This document shows, piece after piece, positions 1-7,570 of a stretch of 50,378 bases of DNA. Under the pieces are notes generated by a model, which saw only the letters and a list, made by a program, of their open reading frames with translations, was not told where the DNA came from and did not search any database. The stretch lies in assembly GCA_964352745.1 (NCBI GenBank), contig CAYGTH010000004.1:1-50378 (forward strand). The letters run 5' to 3'. Positions within the stretch are counted from its first letter, which is position 1; each line of letters begins with the position of its first letter. The stretch comes from an uncultured Bacteroidia bacterium. GTDB lineage: Bacteria > Bacteroidota > Bacteroidia > J057. The position numbers were made by a program, and so were the translations under genes.

Positions 1-68
1 TAACAAATTTTCTGTCCGAAACTTGGTCTAAGCGACAGATGAATCCACGGGTACTGTCCGAATTGCAC

Positions 69-1133
69 CTATATCTGCAATCGTGTCAATAAGCGAGTAT
101 AGAGGTCAATTCCTGCCTCGATTTCAGACAATTTGATGTATTCGTCTGGCGTGTGCGAACGTGCAGAATCACCTGGGCCGATTTTGATTGTGGTAAAAGG
201 CATGAGTGCCTGATCCGAAAGGGTAGGAGATCCATAATAGGTCAGGCCCAATTCCAAACCCCGCTGTACGATGGGATGCTCAATGGGAATCCGGGAAGAG
301 TTGAGTCGAAAGGAGCGCGCTTTTACCTCACATTCTACCGCTTCTGAGATGATTGCAAATGCTTCCTCATTTGAATACTGCTCAATCGTGCGGACGTCCA
401 CTACAAAAGCGCAACGATCCGGCACGACGTTGTGTTGAGAGCCTGCTTCTATTTGGGTAACAGTCATCTTCATTTCACCCATGAATTCGGACTGCCGGGG
501 GAACTGAAAAGTTCGGAACCATTCGATGTCTTGCATAGCTTTATACAGGGCATTCTCTCCTTCATTGCGCGCTGCATGTCCAGAAGCACCATGTGCTACG
601 CAATCCAATACCATCAATCCTTTTTCGGCAACCGCCATTTGCATCTCTGTAGGTTCTCCTACGATTCCCAGATCAATCTTCCCGAGTTCCGGCAAGATCG
701 AAGCGATTCCATTGGGGCCAGAAATTTCCTCTTCTGCTGTAGCAGCCAACACCAGATTGAAAGGTAAATTCTCCTGCTCATAGAAATGTAGAAAGGTCGC
801 AATCAGGGACACCAACGGACCACCCGCATCATTACTTCCTAATCCATATAGCGTATCTCCCTCTACTCCCGCATGAAAGGGTTTCCTTTGCCAGCTTTCT
901 GAGGGTTTGACCGTATCATGATGGGAATTGAGCAAAATCACAGGAAGACCAATCTGAGTATGCCGGTTCCATGCCCAAATATTATTTCCCTGTCTGCGGG
1001 GGACGACTCCTCTATCCCTAAGGAACTCTTCAATATGCGAGGCTGTATTTCCTTCTTGTCGACTGAGGGAAGGCGTCGCAATCAGCAGCTTAAGCAGGCT
1101 AATCGCAGATTCTGTATGGGTGGCTGTGATCAT
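69..1133 (-). CDS. argE: M20-family deacylase of the arginine pathway (ArgE-like acetyl/succinyl-ornithine deacylase)
   Basis: ORF 69..1196 carries M20 peptidase hallmarks (NSHHDTV, GSNDAGG, ATAEEE, VGEPTE). It is the last gene of the arg cluster. I moved the start to ATG 1133 (MITATH...), which overlaps the argB stop as ATGA; the 21 codons upstream lie inside argB. Confidence 0.75.
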   Translation of the reverse strand: MITATHTESAISLLKLLIATPSLSRQEGNTASHIEEFLRDRGVVPRRQGNNIWAWNRHTQIGLPVILLNSHHDTVKPSESWQRKPFHAGVEGDTLYGLGSNDAGGPLVSLIATFLHFYEQENLPFNLVLAATAEEEISGPNGIASILPELGKIDLGIVGEPTEMQMAVAEKGLMVLDCVAHGASGHAARNEGENALYKAMQDIEWFRTFQFPRQSEFMGEMKMTVTQIEAGSQHNVVPDRCAFVVDVRTIEQYSNEEAFAIISEAVECEVKARSFRLNSSRIPIEHPIVQRGLELGLTYYGSPTLSDQALMPFTTIKIGPGDSARSHTPDEYIKLSEIEAGIDLYTRLLTRLQI

Positions 1134-1915
1134 AGCAAGATTTCTGTACCGATGAATGCAGGTGTACCCATTTTGGATAGGGCAGTTGCCTGACAAATAT
1201 AGACTCGATGCACGCCAGCACGAAGGGCTGCAAATGCATTATCTAATTTGGGAATCATCCCCGCTGCGATGATTCCGCTCGTTTTATATGTTGCGTACAA
1301 ATCAGGGGTCAATTGGGCAATCACGGAGGCGTCATCTTCGGGGTCCAGCAGAACCCCCGCCTTTTCAAAGCAATAGATCAGATGTACTTCCCGGTTTTCG
1401 CTTGCAGCTCGTGCCACACTCGCAGCAATCGTATCCGCATTCGTATTGAGCAGTTGTCCGTTTCCATCATGCGTCAGGGGCGCAAAAACAGGAACAATTT
1501 CCCGATCCAGCAATGCGGTCAATTCCCCCACATTCACAGAATCAATATCTCCTACATAGCCGTAGTCGATCGTTTCTACAACCCGTTTGTGGGCGCGTAT
1601 GATATCGAGATCTGCACCTGTCAGGCCAATTGCCGGGATATTTTTTGCCTGTAATTTTGCGACAATCTGCTTATTCATGAGCCCACCATAGACCATGATG
1701 GCCACTTCGAGCATGGACGCGTCTGTGATCCGCCGTCCCTCTACCATTTGGGTTTCGATCCCTAATCGACCCGCCATCTGCGTTGCTGCTTTACCGCCTC
1801 CATGTACCAGTGCCCGCCCGCCGATCAGCCCTGCGAAATCCTCCAACAACTGCGCTAATTGCACTACATCATCGAGTATTTTTCCACCAATTTTGATTAT
1901 GCTTAGCTGTTTCAT
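1130..1915 (-). CDS. argB: acetylglutamate kinase
   Basis: 261 aa. It shows the amino-acid kinase fold signature (IIKIGGK, LVHGGG, NTNADT) and sits in the arg cluster. Confidence 0.9.
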   Translation of the reverse strand: MKQLSIIKIGGKILDDVVQLAQLLEDFAGLIGGRALVHGGGKAATQMAGRLGIETQMVEGRRITDASMLEVAIMVYGGLMNKQIVAKLQAKNIPAIGLTGADLDIIRAHKRVVETIDYGYVGDIDSVNVGELTALLDREIVPVFAPLTHDGNGQLLNTNADTIAASVARAASENREVHLIYCFEKAGVLLDPEDDASVIAQLTPDLYATYKTSGIIAAGMIPKLDNAFAALRAGVHRVYICQATALSKMGTPAFIGTEILL

Positions 1916-1919
1916 AGAA

Positions 1920-2864
1920 TTAGTCTTCCAGCATCCATCTCAGGATGGTTTGCGCCGAATATACCCGATTCAAGGCCTGCGCCTGTACCAATGAATTGGG
2001 ACTATCAATCACCGCATCTGTTACCACCACATTTCTCCGTACCGGCAGGCAGTGCATAAATTTACCCTGATGAGTCAGTGCCATTTTCTCAGCTGATACG
2101 GTCCAGGAATCTGTAGGAGATATTATTTTTCCGAAATCATGGTAGGACGACCAGTTTTTCGCATACACAAAGTCCGCTCCTTCAAATGCCTTTTTCTGAT
2201 CATGCTCGACAGGGGTATCTTTCAATATCCCCGGGGCAAGTTCCAATCCTTCAGGGCAGGTGAGTGTCAGGTCCACATCCGCCTGCTGCATCCAGGTCAA
2301 AAAAGAATTAGCAACCGCTTGCGGCAAGGCGCGGGGATGTGGGGCCCAGGTCAATACTACCTTAGGTCGGGGCTTTGTTTTGTGCTCCTCGATCGTGATC
2401 CAATCCGCAAAAGCCTGTAAAGGATGACGGGTAGCGGATTCTAAACTCACAATCGGCACCCCCGCATATTCCCGAAAAGCACCGATTACCTCCTCCCGAT
2501 AATCTGCATCGCGATCCGACAGGCCCGCAAAGGTCCGAATCCCGATGATATCACAATACTGGCCCATTACCGCCGCGGCATCCTTGATATGCTCGGCTTT
2601 GTCCTGGTCCATTACCGTTCCATCTTCAAACTCCAGCTTCCAGCCTTCCGAGCCGATATTCATCACCATTACCGACAAGCCCAGATTTGCAGCTGCTTTT
2701 TGCGAACTCAAACGGGTACGGAGGCTGGGATTAAAAAAGATCAGGCCCAGCATTTTATTTTTCCCTAGATAATTGAATAAATAAGGGTCCTGTTTGAGTT
2801 TGCGCGAGATTTTAAGAAATGCCGCGGGATCGGGAAGGTCGCTAAGGGAGGTAAAGTGTTTCAT
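1920..2864 (-). CDS. argF': N-acyl-ornithine carbamoyltransferase (ArgF'-type; acetyl- or succinyl-ornithine specific)
   Basis: Carbamoyltransferase motifs are present (NPSLRTR, HCLPVRRN instead of the HCLPA of classical OTC). The start is set to ATG 2864 (MKHFTSL); the ORF-track extension translates the heptamer repeat spacer. Confidence 0.85.
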   Translation of the reverse strand: MKHFTSLSDLPDPAAFLKISRKLKQDPYLFNYLGKNKMLGLIFFNPSLRTRLSSQKAAANLGLSVMVMNIGSEGWKLEFEDGTVMDQDKAEHIKDAAAVMGQYCDIIGIRTFAGLSDRDADYREEVIGAFREYAGVPIVSLESATRHPLQAFADWITIEEHKTKPRPKVVLTWAPHPRALPQAVANSFLTWMQQADVDLTLTCPEGLELAPGILKDTPVEHDQKKAFEGADFVYAKNWSSYHDFGKIISPTDSWTVSAEKMALTHQGKFMHCLPVRRNVVVTDAVIDSPNSLVQAQALNRVYSAQTILRWMLED

Positions 2865-2870
2865 GGAGGA

Positions 2871-2926
2871 ATTACGAGTTACGATTTTTGATTTACGATT
2901 TGGGATTTGGGATTTGGGAATCACGA
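2871..2926 (-). repeat. array of 8 phased heptanucleotide repeats in the argD-argF' spacer
   Basis: The plus strand reads ATTACGA GTTACGA TTTTTGA TTTACGA TTTGGGA TTTGGGA TTTGGGA ATCACGA. The array ends 6 nt from the argF' ATG on the mRNA strand. Confidence 0.9.
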
Positions 2927-2936
2927 ATGTGAGACG

Positions 2937-4073
2937 CTACAGCTTTACAGACATCGTCCGTTTCAGGGCCTCAACAAACTCATCTATCGCCGAAGTTTGC
3001 AGGGTCAGCGGGGGCAAGATTCGCAAGACATTAGGATTTTTAGCAGAACCTGTAAAAATGTGATGCGCCTTCAATAGGGTGGATCGCAGGGATTTGATTT
3101 CGGAATCCATTTCAATACCGACCATCAGCCCTAAGCCACGCACCTCCTGAAATCCCCCCAGTGCAGCAAGTTGAGACATCAAATAGGCACCGACCTTCGT
3201 GGCGTTATCCACCAGGTTTTCCTGTTCAATTACTTCCAATACGGCCAGGGAAGCTGCACATGCCAGATGGTTGCCCCCAAAGGTAGTTCCCAACATCCCA
3301 TATTTTGCTTCAAATTTGGGAGAAATCAGGACGCCACCAACCGGAAATCCATTTCCCATCCCCTTGGCAATGGTGATCAAGTCCGGACGAACATCTGTGT
3401 ATTGATGTGCAAAGAATTTTCCGCTCCGTCCATATCCAGACTGGATTTCATCGAGAATCAGGATGGTCCCCGATTGTACACACAGAGTTTGAGCGGCTTC
3501 CAGAAATCCTTCTCCCGGCAGTTGAATTCCGCCAATCCCCTGAATTCCCTCAATGATAACCGCACAATATTCCCGGGTATTCAGCAATTTTTCGAGCCCT
3601 TCCACATCTCCCAACTCCAACCAGGCAACGTGCTCTGTTCCATTAATCGGCGCTTGAATCGTTGCGTTATCCGTGATCGCTACTGCAGCAGAAGTCCGAC
3701 CGTGAAAAGCGCCTTTAAAAGAAATGATTTTCTTTCTGCCGGTTTGAAAAGAGGCCAGTTTCAGGGCATTCTCAGTAGCTTCTGCCCCCGAGTTGCACAA
3801 AAAGAGGTCATAATCTTCATAGCCAGCAAGTTTCCCCAGCTTATCAGCCAGTTCTTTTTGTAAAGGGTTCTGAATGGAGTTGGAGTAGAAGCCTATTTTG
3901 CGAATCTGCTGCTCCAGACGATCCACATAATGCGGATGGCTATGGCCAATGGAAATCACAGCATGTCCTCCGTACAGATCCAGGTATTTTGTGCCCTGAT
4001 CGTCCCAAACGTGACAGCCTAGCCCCTTTACAGGCGTGATATCAAAAAGGGGATATACATCGAATAGATTCAT
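2937..4073 (-). CDS. argD: acetylornithine (acyl-ornithine) aminotransferase, class III PLP enzyme
   Basis: 378 aa. Class III aminotransferase motifs are present (LCNSGAEA, LDEIQSGYGRSGKFFA, TFGGN). It sits in the arg cluster. Confidence 0.9.
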   Translation of the reverse strand: MNLFDVYPLFDITPVKGLGCHVWDDQGTKYLDLYGGHAVISIGHSHPHYVDRLEQQIRKIGFYSNSIQNPLQKELADKLGKLAGYEDYDLFLCNSGAEATENALKLASFQTGRKKIISFKGAFHGRTSAAVAITDNATIQAPINGTEHVAWLELGDVEGLEKLLNTREYCAVIIEGIQGIGGIQLPGEGFLEAAQTLCVQSGTILILDEIQSGYGRSGKFFAHQYTDVRPDLITIAKGMGNGFPVGGVLISPKFEAKYGMLGTTFGGNHLACAASLAVLEVIEQENLVDNATKVGAYLMSQLAALGGFQEVRGLGLMVGIEMDSEIKSLRSTLLKAHHIFTGSAKNPNVLRILPPLTLQTSAIDEFVEALKRTMSVKL

Positions 4074-4076
4074 GGG

Positions 4077-4118
4077 AATAAGAATTACAATTTTGGATTT
4101 TGGATTTACGAATTACGA
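4077..4118 (-). repeat. array of 6 phased heptanucleotide repeats in the argC-argD spacer
   Basis: The plus strand reads AATAAGA ATTACAA TTTTGGA TTTTGGA TTTACGA ATTACGA. The array ends 3 nt from the argD ATG on the mRNA strand. Confidence 0.85.
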
Positions 4119-4166
4119 GCCGGCGTATTCCGATTTTCAACTAGTGAATTAGCGCCTGGAGTTTTC

Positions 4167-5132
4167 CTAAAAATATGCGGCCTTTAACCTCAATCCCCTA
4201 TCCTCCGGCATTCCAAACATCAGGTTCATATTTTGTACAGCCTGTCCGGAAGCGCCTTTTAACAAATTATCTATCATGCTAATAATCAGCAGCTTATCGC
4301 CATGTTTTTCAATGTGCACGATTCCTTTGTTCGTATTCACGACTTGTTTAAGATTAGGGTTTACAGCCGCAACATGCACAAAGGGATGGGCTGCATAATA
4401 GCTCTCATACAAGTCGCGGGCCGCTGATTCTGCCAAGGTTGATCGCACATACACAGAAGCAAAAATCCCGCGTGTGAAATCGCCCCGCATGGGGATGAAA
4501 TTAAGGTCATGGGCAAAATCGGGCTGCAATTGTGTCAGGCTTTGGCCTATCTCAGCCAGGTGCTGATGATTAAATGCCTTGTAGATCGACAGGTTATTGT
4601 TTCGCCAACTAAAATGAGTAGTTCCCGTCGGTTTTTGGCCTGCGCCAGTCGATCCGGTAATGGCGTGGATGTGTACTTCGTCAGTTAGATTCTGACTCGC
4701 AGCAAGGGGCAATAATGCCAATTGGATACAGGTCGCAAAGCAACCCGGATTGGCCAGATGTTGCGTAGTCCGGATGGCCTCTCGATTTAATTCAGGTAGG
4801 CCATACACAAATTCGTGGTCCGCTGCCCGCATCCGGAAGTCACTGCTCAAGTCGATGATTTTTACCGTATCCGGGAAGGAATGTCTCTCCAAAAAGGGCT
4901 TGGTTTTGCCGTGGCCTGCGCAGAAAAAGAGGACATCTACTTCGGGGGATACCGTCTCTGTAAAGATGAGGTCGGTATCGCCGATGAGATCTTCATGCAC
5001 CGCATGAACCGGGTTCCCGGCATTACTGGTGCTGTGCACAAATTGAATATGGGCTTCGGCGTGATTCAGAAGAATTCGTAGCAGTTCTCCTGCCGTATAT
5101 CCCGCTCCGCCGATGATGCCAATGTTGATCAT
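4167..5132 (-). CDS. argC: N-acetyl-gamma-glutamyl-phosphate reductase
   Basis: 321 aa. It has an N-terminal Rossmann motif (IGIIGGAGYTAGEL) and the active-site Cys context NPGCFAT. Confidence 0.9.
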   Translation of the reverse strand: MINIGIIGGAGYTAGELLRILLNHAEAHIQFVHSTSNAGNPVHAVHEDLIGDTDLIFTETVSPEVDVLFFCAGHGKTKPFLERHSFPDTVKIIDLSSDFRMRAADHEFVYGLPELNREAIRTTQHLANPGCFATCIQLALLPLAASQNLTDEVHIHAITGSTGAGQKPTGTTHFSWRNNNLSIYKAFNHQHLAEIGQSLTQLQPDFAHDLNFIPMRGDFTRGIFASVYVRSTLAESAARDLYESYYAAHPFVHVAAVNPNLKQVVNTNKGIVHIEKHGDKLLIISMIDNLLKGASGQAVQNMNLMFGMPEDRGLRLKAAYF

Positions 5133-5147
5133 AGATTCATTTTTTTT

Positions 5148-5615
5148 ACCGCAAAGGGCGCAAAAGAAGACGCAAGGTCCGCAAGATTAGTCTTGTAATT
5201 ATAGATTATTAACTACGCGACGAATACCATTTTTTATCAGACTTACATTAAAGTTGATGAGCATTCCCAACTTGCAACCTGAAAGCTTTAAATAAGTTAG
5301 GACTTGTGCCAAATGCACATCATGCAAGGCTTCAACCGATTTGACTTCAATAATCACTTTATTTTCTATCAACAAATCGACTCTATAGCCCGCTTCCAAT
5401 TTCACATCATGGTAGATAAGCGGCAGTGCTTTCTGTCACTCAACAACCAAGCCCGCCTGTTGTAGTTCATAGTGCAAGCATGCCTCATAAGCATTTTCCA
5501 GAAGTCCAGGCCCTAAAGCTTTGTGCACTTTTAATGCCGCGTCAAAAATAAACTTTGACACTTCATTCTCAGAATACCTTTGCGATCCTTGCGCCTCCAT
5601 AGCGTACTTTGCGGT
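5148..5615 (-). mobile_element. hairpin-flanked cassette carrying a GxxExxY-family gene, inserted between argG and argC
   Basis: The left arm is 5148-5186 (ACCGCAAAGGGCGCAAAAGAAGACGCAAGGTCCGCAAGA). The right arm is 5579-5615, whose reverse complement is ACCGCAAAGTACGCTATGGAGGCGCAAGGATCGCAAA. The terminal 9 nt are perfect inverted repeats. Each arm is made of ~10-nt CGCAAnG repeats. No integrase or transposase gene is present. Confidence 0.4.
5199..5600 (-). pseudogene. GxxExxY-family (PD-(D/E)XK-like) protein gene interrupted by an in-frame TGA
   Basis: My own translation from ATG 5600 gives MEAQGSQRYSENEVSKFIFDAALKVHKALGPGLLENAYEACLHYELQQAGLVVE*QKALPLIYHDVKLEAGYRVDLLIENKVIIEVKSVEAL... with the TGA at 5436-5438. 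GLLENAY is the GxxExxY motif. The ORF-track M at 5405 is an internal GTG (Val). Confidence 0.7.
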
Positions 5616-5620
5616 TAATT

Positions 5621-6811
5621 CTATTCCTCATTCACCATCCGATGAATCTTGCTGCTATTGGCCAGTATTTTTGTAAATCCCTTTACATCTTCACCAGACC
5701 AGGCCCGGTTCATCTCTCCATAAGTTCCAAACTTGGCGGACATCAGGTCATGAGCCGACTCGATTCCGAGCGTTTGAAAACGATACGGCAGCAATTGAAC
5801 CCGCACTTTCCCCGTTACGGTACCTTGTGTATCTGCCAGGAAAGTTTCAACATTTCGCATGACTGGCTCCAGGTATTGACCTTCATGTAGCAGCATTCCG
5901 TACCAATTTGCTAATTGCTCTTTCCAATACTGTTGCCATTTAGTTAGGACATGTTTTTCGAGCAAATGGTGAGCTTTAATAATAATCAGCGGGGCTGCTG
6001 CTTCAAATCCGACCCGGCCTTTGATCCCGATAATCGTGTCTCCTACATGTATATCTCTTCCAATTGCAAAAGGCGCAGCCATCGCATTCAAGGCTTCGAT
6101 AGCCTCGACAGGGTGATCATATGTTTTTTCATTGAGTCCAACTAACTCCCCTTTCTCGAAGTATAGCACGACTTCTTCGGGCTTTGTCTCGGTTAAGGGG
6201 GTTGGGTAGGCTTCTTCGGGCAGATAATCCCAGGAATTGAGTGTTTCTTTTCCGCCAACACTCGTCCCCCAGAGTCCTTTATTCACAGAGTATTTGGCTT
6301 TTGACCATTCCATTTCGACGCCGAGCCCTTTCAGGTATTCAATCTCTGCTTCGCGAGACAACTGCTGATCGCGAATCGGCGTAATCACCTGAACGCCTGG
6401 TACGATGATATCAAAAATCATATCAAAGCGAACCTGGTCGTTGCCCGCACCTGTGCTTCCGTGTGCAATATATTTGGCACCAACTGATTTGGCATATTCC
6501 GCAATTGCAACCGCCTGAAATACCCGCTCTGCACTGACCGACAGGGGATAGGTATTGTTTTTCAGGACATTCCCAAACACCAGGAAGCGGATACATTTTT
6601 CATAATATTCCCGAACCTGATCCAGGGTCGTATGGCTCTTCACCCCTAATTCATAGGCGCGACGCTCTGTTTCGGCCAGTTCTTCCAGGGTAAAGCCCCC
6701 CGTATTTACCAGCGCCGAATGCACCTCTAATTCCTTTTCCAGGGTGAGGTATTTCACACAATATGAGGTATCAAGCCCTCCGCTGAATGCCAATACTACT
6801 TTATCTTTCAT
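5621..6811 (-). CDS. argG: argininosuccinate synthase
   Basis: 396 aa. It has the N-terminal ATP-PPase motif AFSGGLDTS, plus AHGSTGAGNDQVRF. Confidence 0.95.
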   Translation of the reverse strand: MKDKVVLAFSGGLDTSYCVKYLTLEKELEVHSALVNTGGFTLEELAETERRAYELGVKSHTTLDQVREYYEKCIRFLVFGNVLKNNTYPLSVSAERVFQAVAIAEYAKSVGAKYIAHGSTGAGNDQVRFDMIFDIIVPGVQVITPIRDQQLSREAEIEYLKGLGVEMEWSKAKYSVNKGLWGTSVGGKETLNSWDYLPEEAYPTPLTETKPEEVVLYFEKGELVGLNEKTYDHPVEAIEALNAMAAPFAIGRDIHVGDTIIGIKGRVGFEAAAPLIIIKAHHLLEKHVLTKWQQYWKEQLANWYGMLLHEGQYLEPVMRNVETFLADTQGTVTGKVRVQLLPYRFQTLGIESAHDLMSAKFGTYGEMNRAWSGEDVKGFTKILANSSKIHRMVNEE

Positions 6812-6815
6812 TCGA

Positions 6816-6850
6816 GTAACGATTTGCGATTTGGGTTTTTCGATTTGGGG
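6816..6850 (-). repeat. array of 5 phased heptanucleotide repeats in the GNAT-argG spacer
   Basis: The plus strand reads GTAACGA TTTGCGA TTTGGGT TTTTCGA TTTGGGG. The array ends 4 nt from the argG ATG on the mRNA strand. Confidence 0.8.
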
Positions 6851-6865
6851 GTTATCCTATCAGTT

Positions 6866-7570
6866 TCAGACTAGCTTGACTACTCCGAATATGCTTTCTT
6901 TGATCTTTTGAAGCAGTTTGTTGGCTTTTCTTTTTCGCAGGTGCGATTTGTATCGTTGCCAGCGATCATCGAGGGCAGCTAATGCCTGCTCTTCTGGTTC
7001 TTTCTCCTTTTTCACAGCTTTCTCCTTTTCCACTGCCTCCTCTTTCTCAGGATTATACAGCATGCCTGTACACAAGCAGAGTTTGCGCTCGGTTCTGGTG
7101 AGGACATCAAAATTGGGACAACTCTGGCAGCCATTCCAGAATACCTCATCTGTGGTTAACTCAGAAAAGGTAACCGGCTTATAGCCCAACTCAGAATTGA
7201 TTTTCATCACAGCCAGACTGGTTGTGATTCCAAAGAGTTTTGCGTCGGGAAATTTCTTACGGGAAAGTTCAAACGCCTTACGTTTGATTCGCTTAGCAAG
7301 GCCCTGATGCCGAAAATCAGGCGAAACAATCAGCCCGGAATTTGCAACATATTTATTGTGGCCCCAGGTCTCAATGTAGCAAAAGCCAGCAAGTTGATCT
7401 CCTGACAAGGCGATCACGGCCTTTCCTTCATTTATCTTGGAGCTAATATATTCCGGCGTCCGCTTGGCAATACCGGTACCGCGGGCTTTGGCAGCCTCGG
7501 CGATTAAGTCGCATACGGTAGCAGCGTATTTCAAATGCTGCTCTTCTGCTACGACAACTTCAGTTTCCAT
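6866..7570 (-). CDS. GNAT-family N-acyltransferase heading the arg operon (candidate glutamate N-acyl transferase)
   Basis: 234 aa. The GNAT core contains RHQGLAKRIKRKAF (the Q/RxxGxG/A-type acyl-CoA site). The position as first gene of the arg cluster is typical of Bacteroidota. It has a C-terminal Cys cluster (CQSCPN...CLC) and a Lys/Glu-rich tail. Confidence 0.65.
   Translation of the reverse strand: METEVVVAEEQHLKYAATVCDLIAEAAKARGTGIAKRTPEYISSKINEGKAVIALSGDQLAGFCYIETWGHNKYVANSGLIVSPDFRHQGLAKRIKRKAFELSRKKFPDAKLFGITTSLAVMKINSELGYKPVTFSELTTDEVFWNGCQSCPNFDVLTRTERKLCLCTGMLYNPEKEEAVEKEKAVKKEKEPEEQALAALDDRWQRYKSHLRKRKANKLLQKIKESIFGVVKLV

Noticed and set aside
2899-2919. TTTGGGA x3 as a telomere-like or G-quadruplex-forming repeat.
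   Set aside because: There are only three G3 runs, and they are on the non-mRNA strand. A canonical intramolecular G4 needs four. The repeat continues seamlessly into non-G units of the same 7-nt period, so periodicity rather than G content is the defining feature.
3171-3863. A 230-aa plus-strand ORF.
   Set aside because: It lies entirely antisense to argD, which has strong family motifs. Its translation is low-complexity with no recognisable domain. It is a typical shadow ORF.
5436-5438. The in-frame TGA in the GxxExxY gene as a selenocysteine codon, given that selD lies 16 kb away.
   Set aside because: The selD/selU pair indicates the selenouridine trait, and no selA/selB/tRNA-Sec is visible. 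The position corresponds to a variable, usually basic or polar residue in a nuclease-fold protein, not a redox Cys. I see no hairpin immediately 3' of the TGA that would resemble a bacterial SECIS. A nonsense mutation is the simpler reading.
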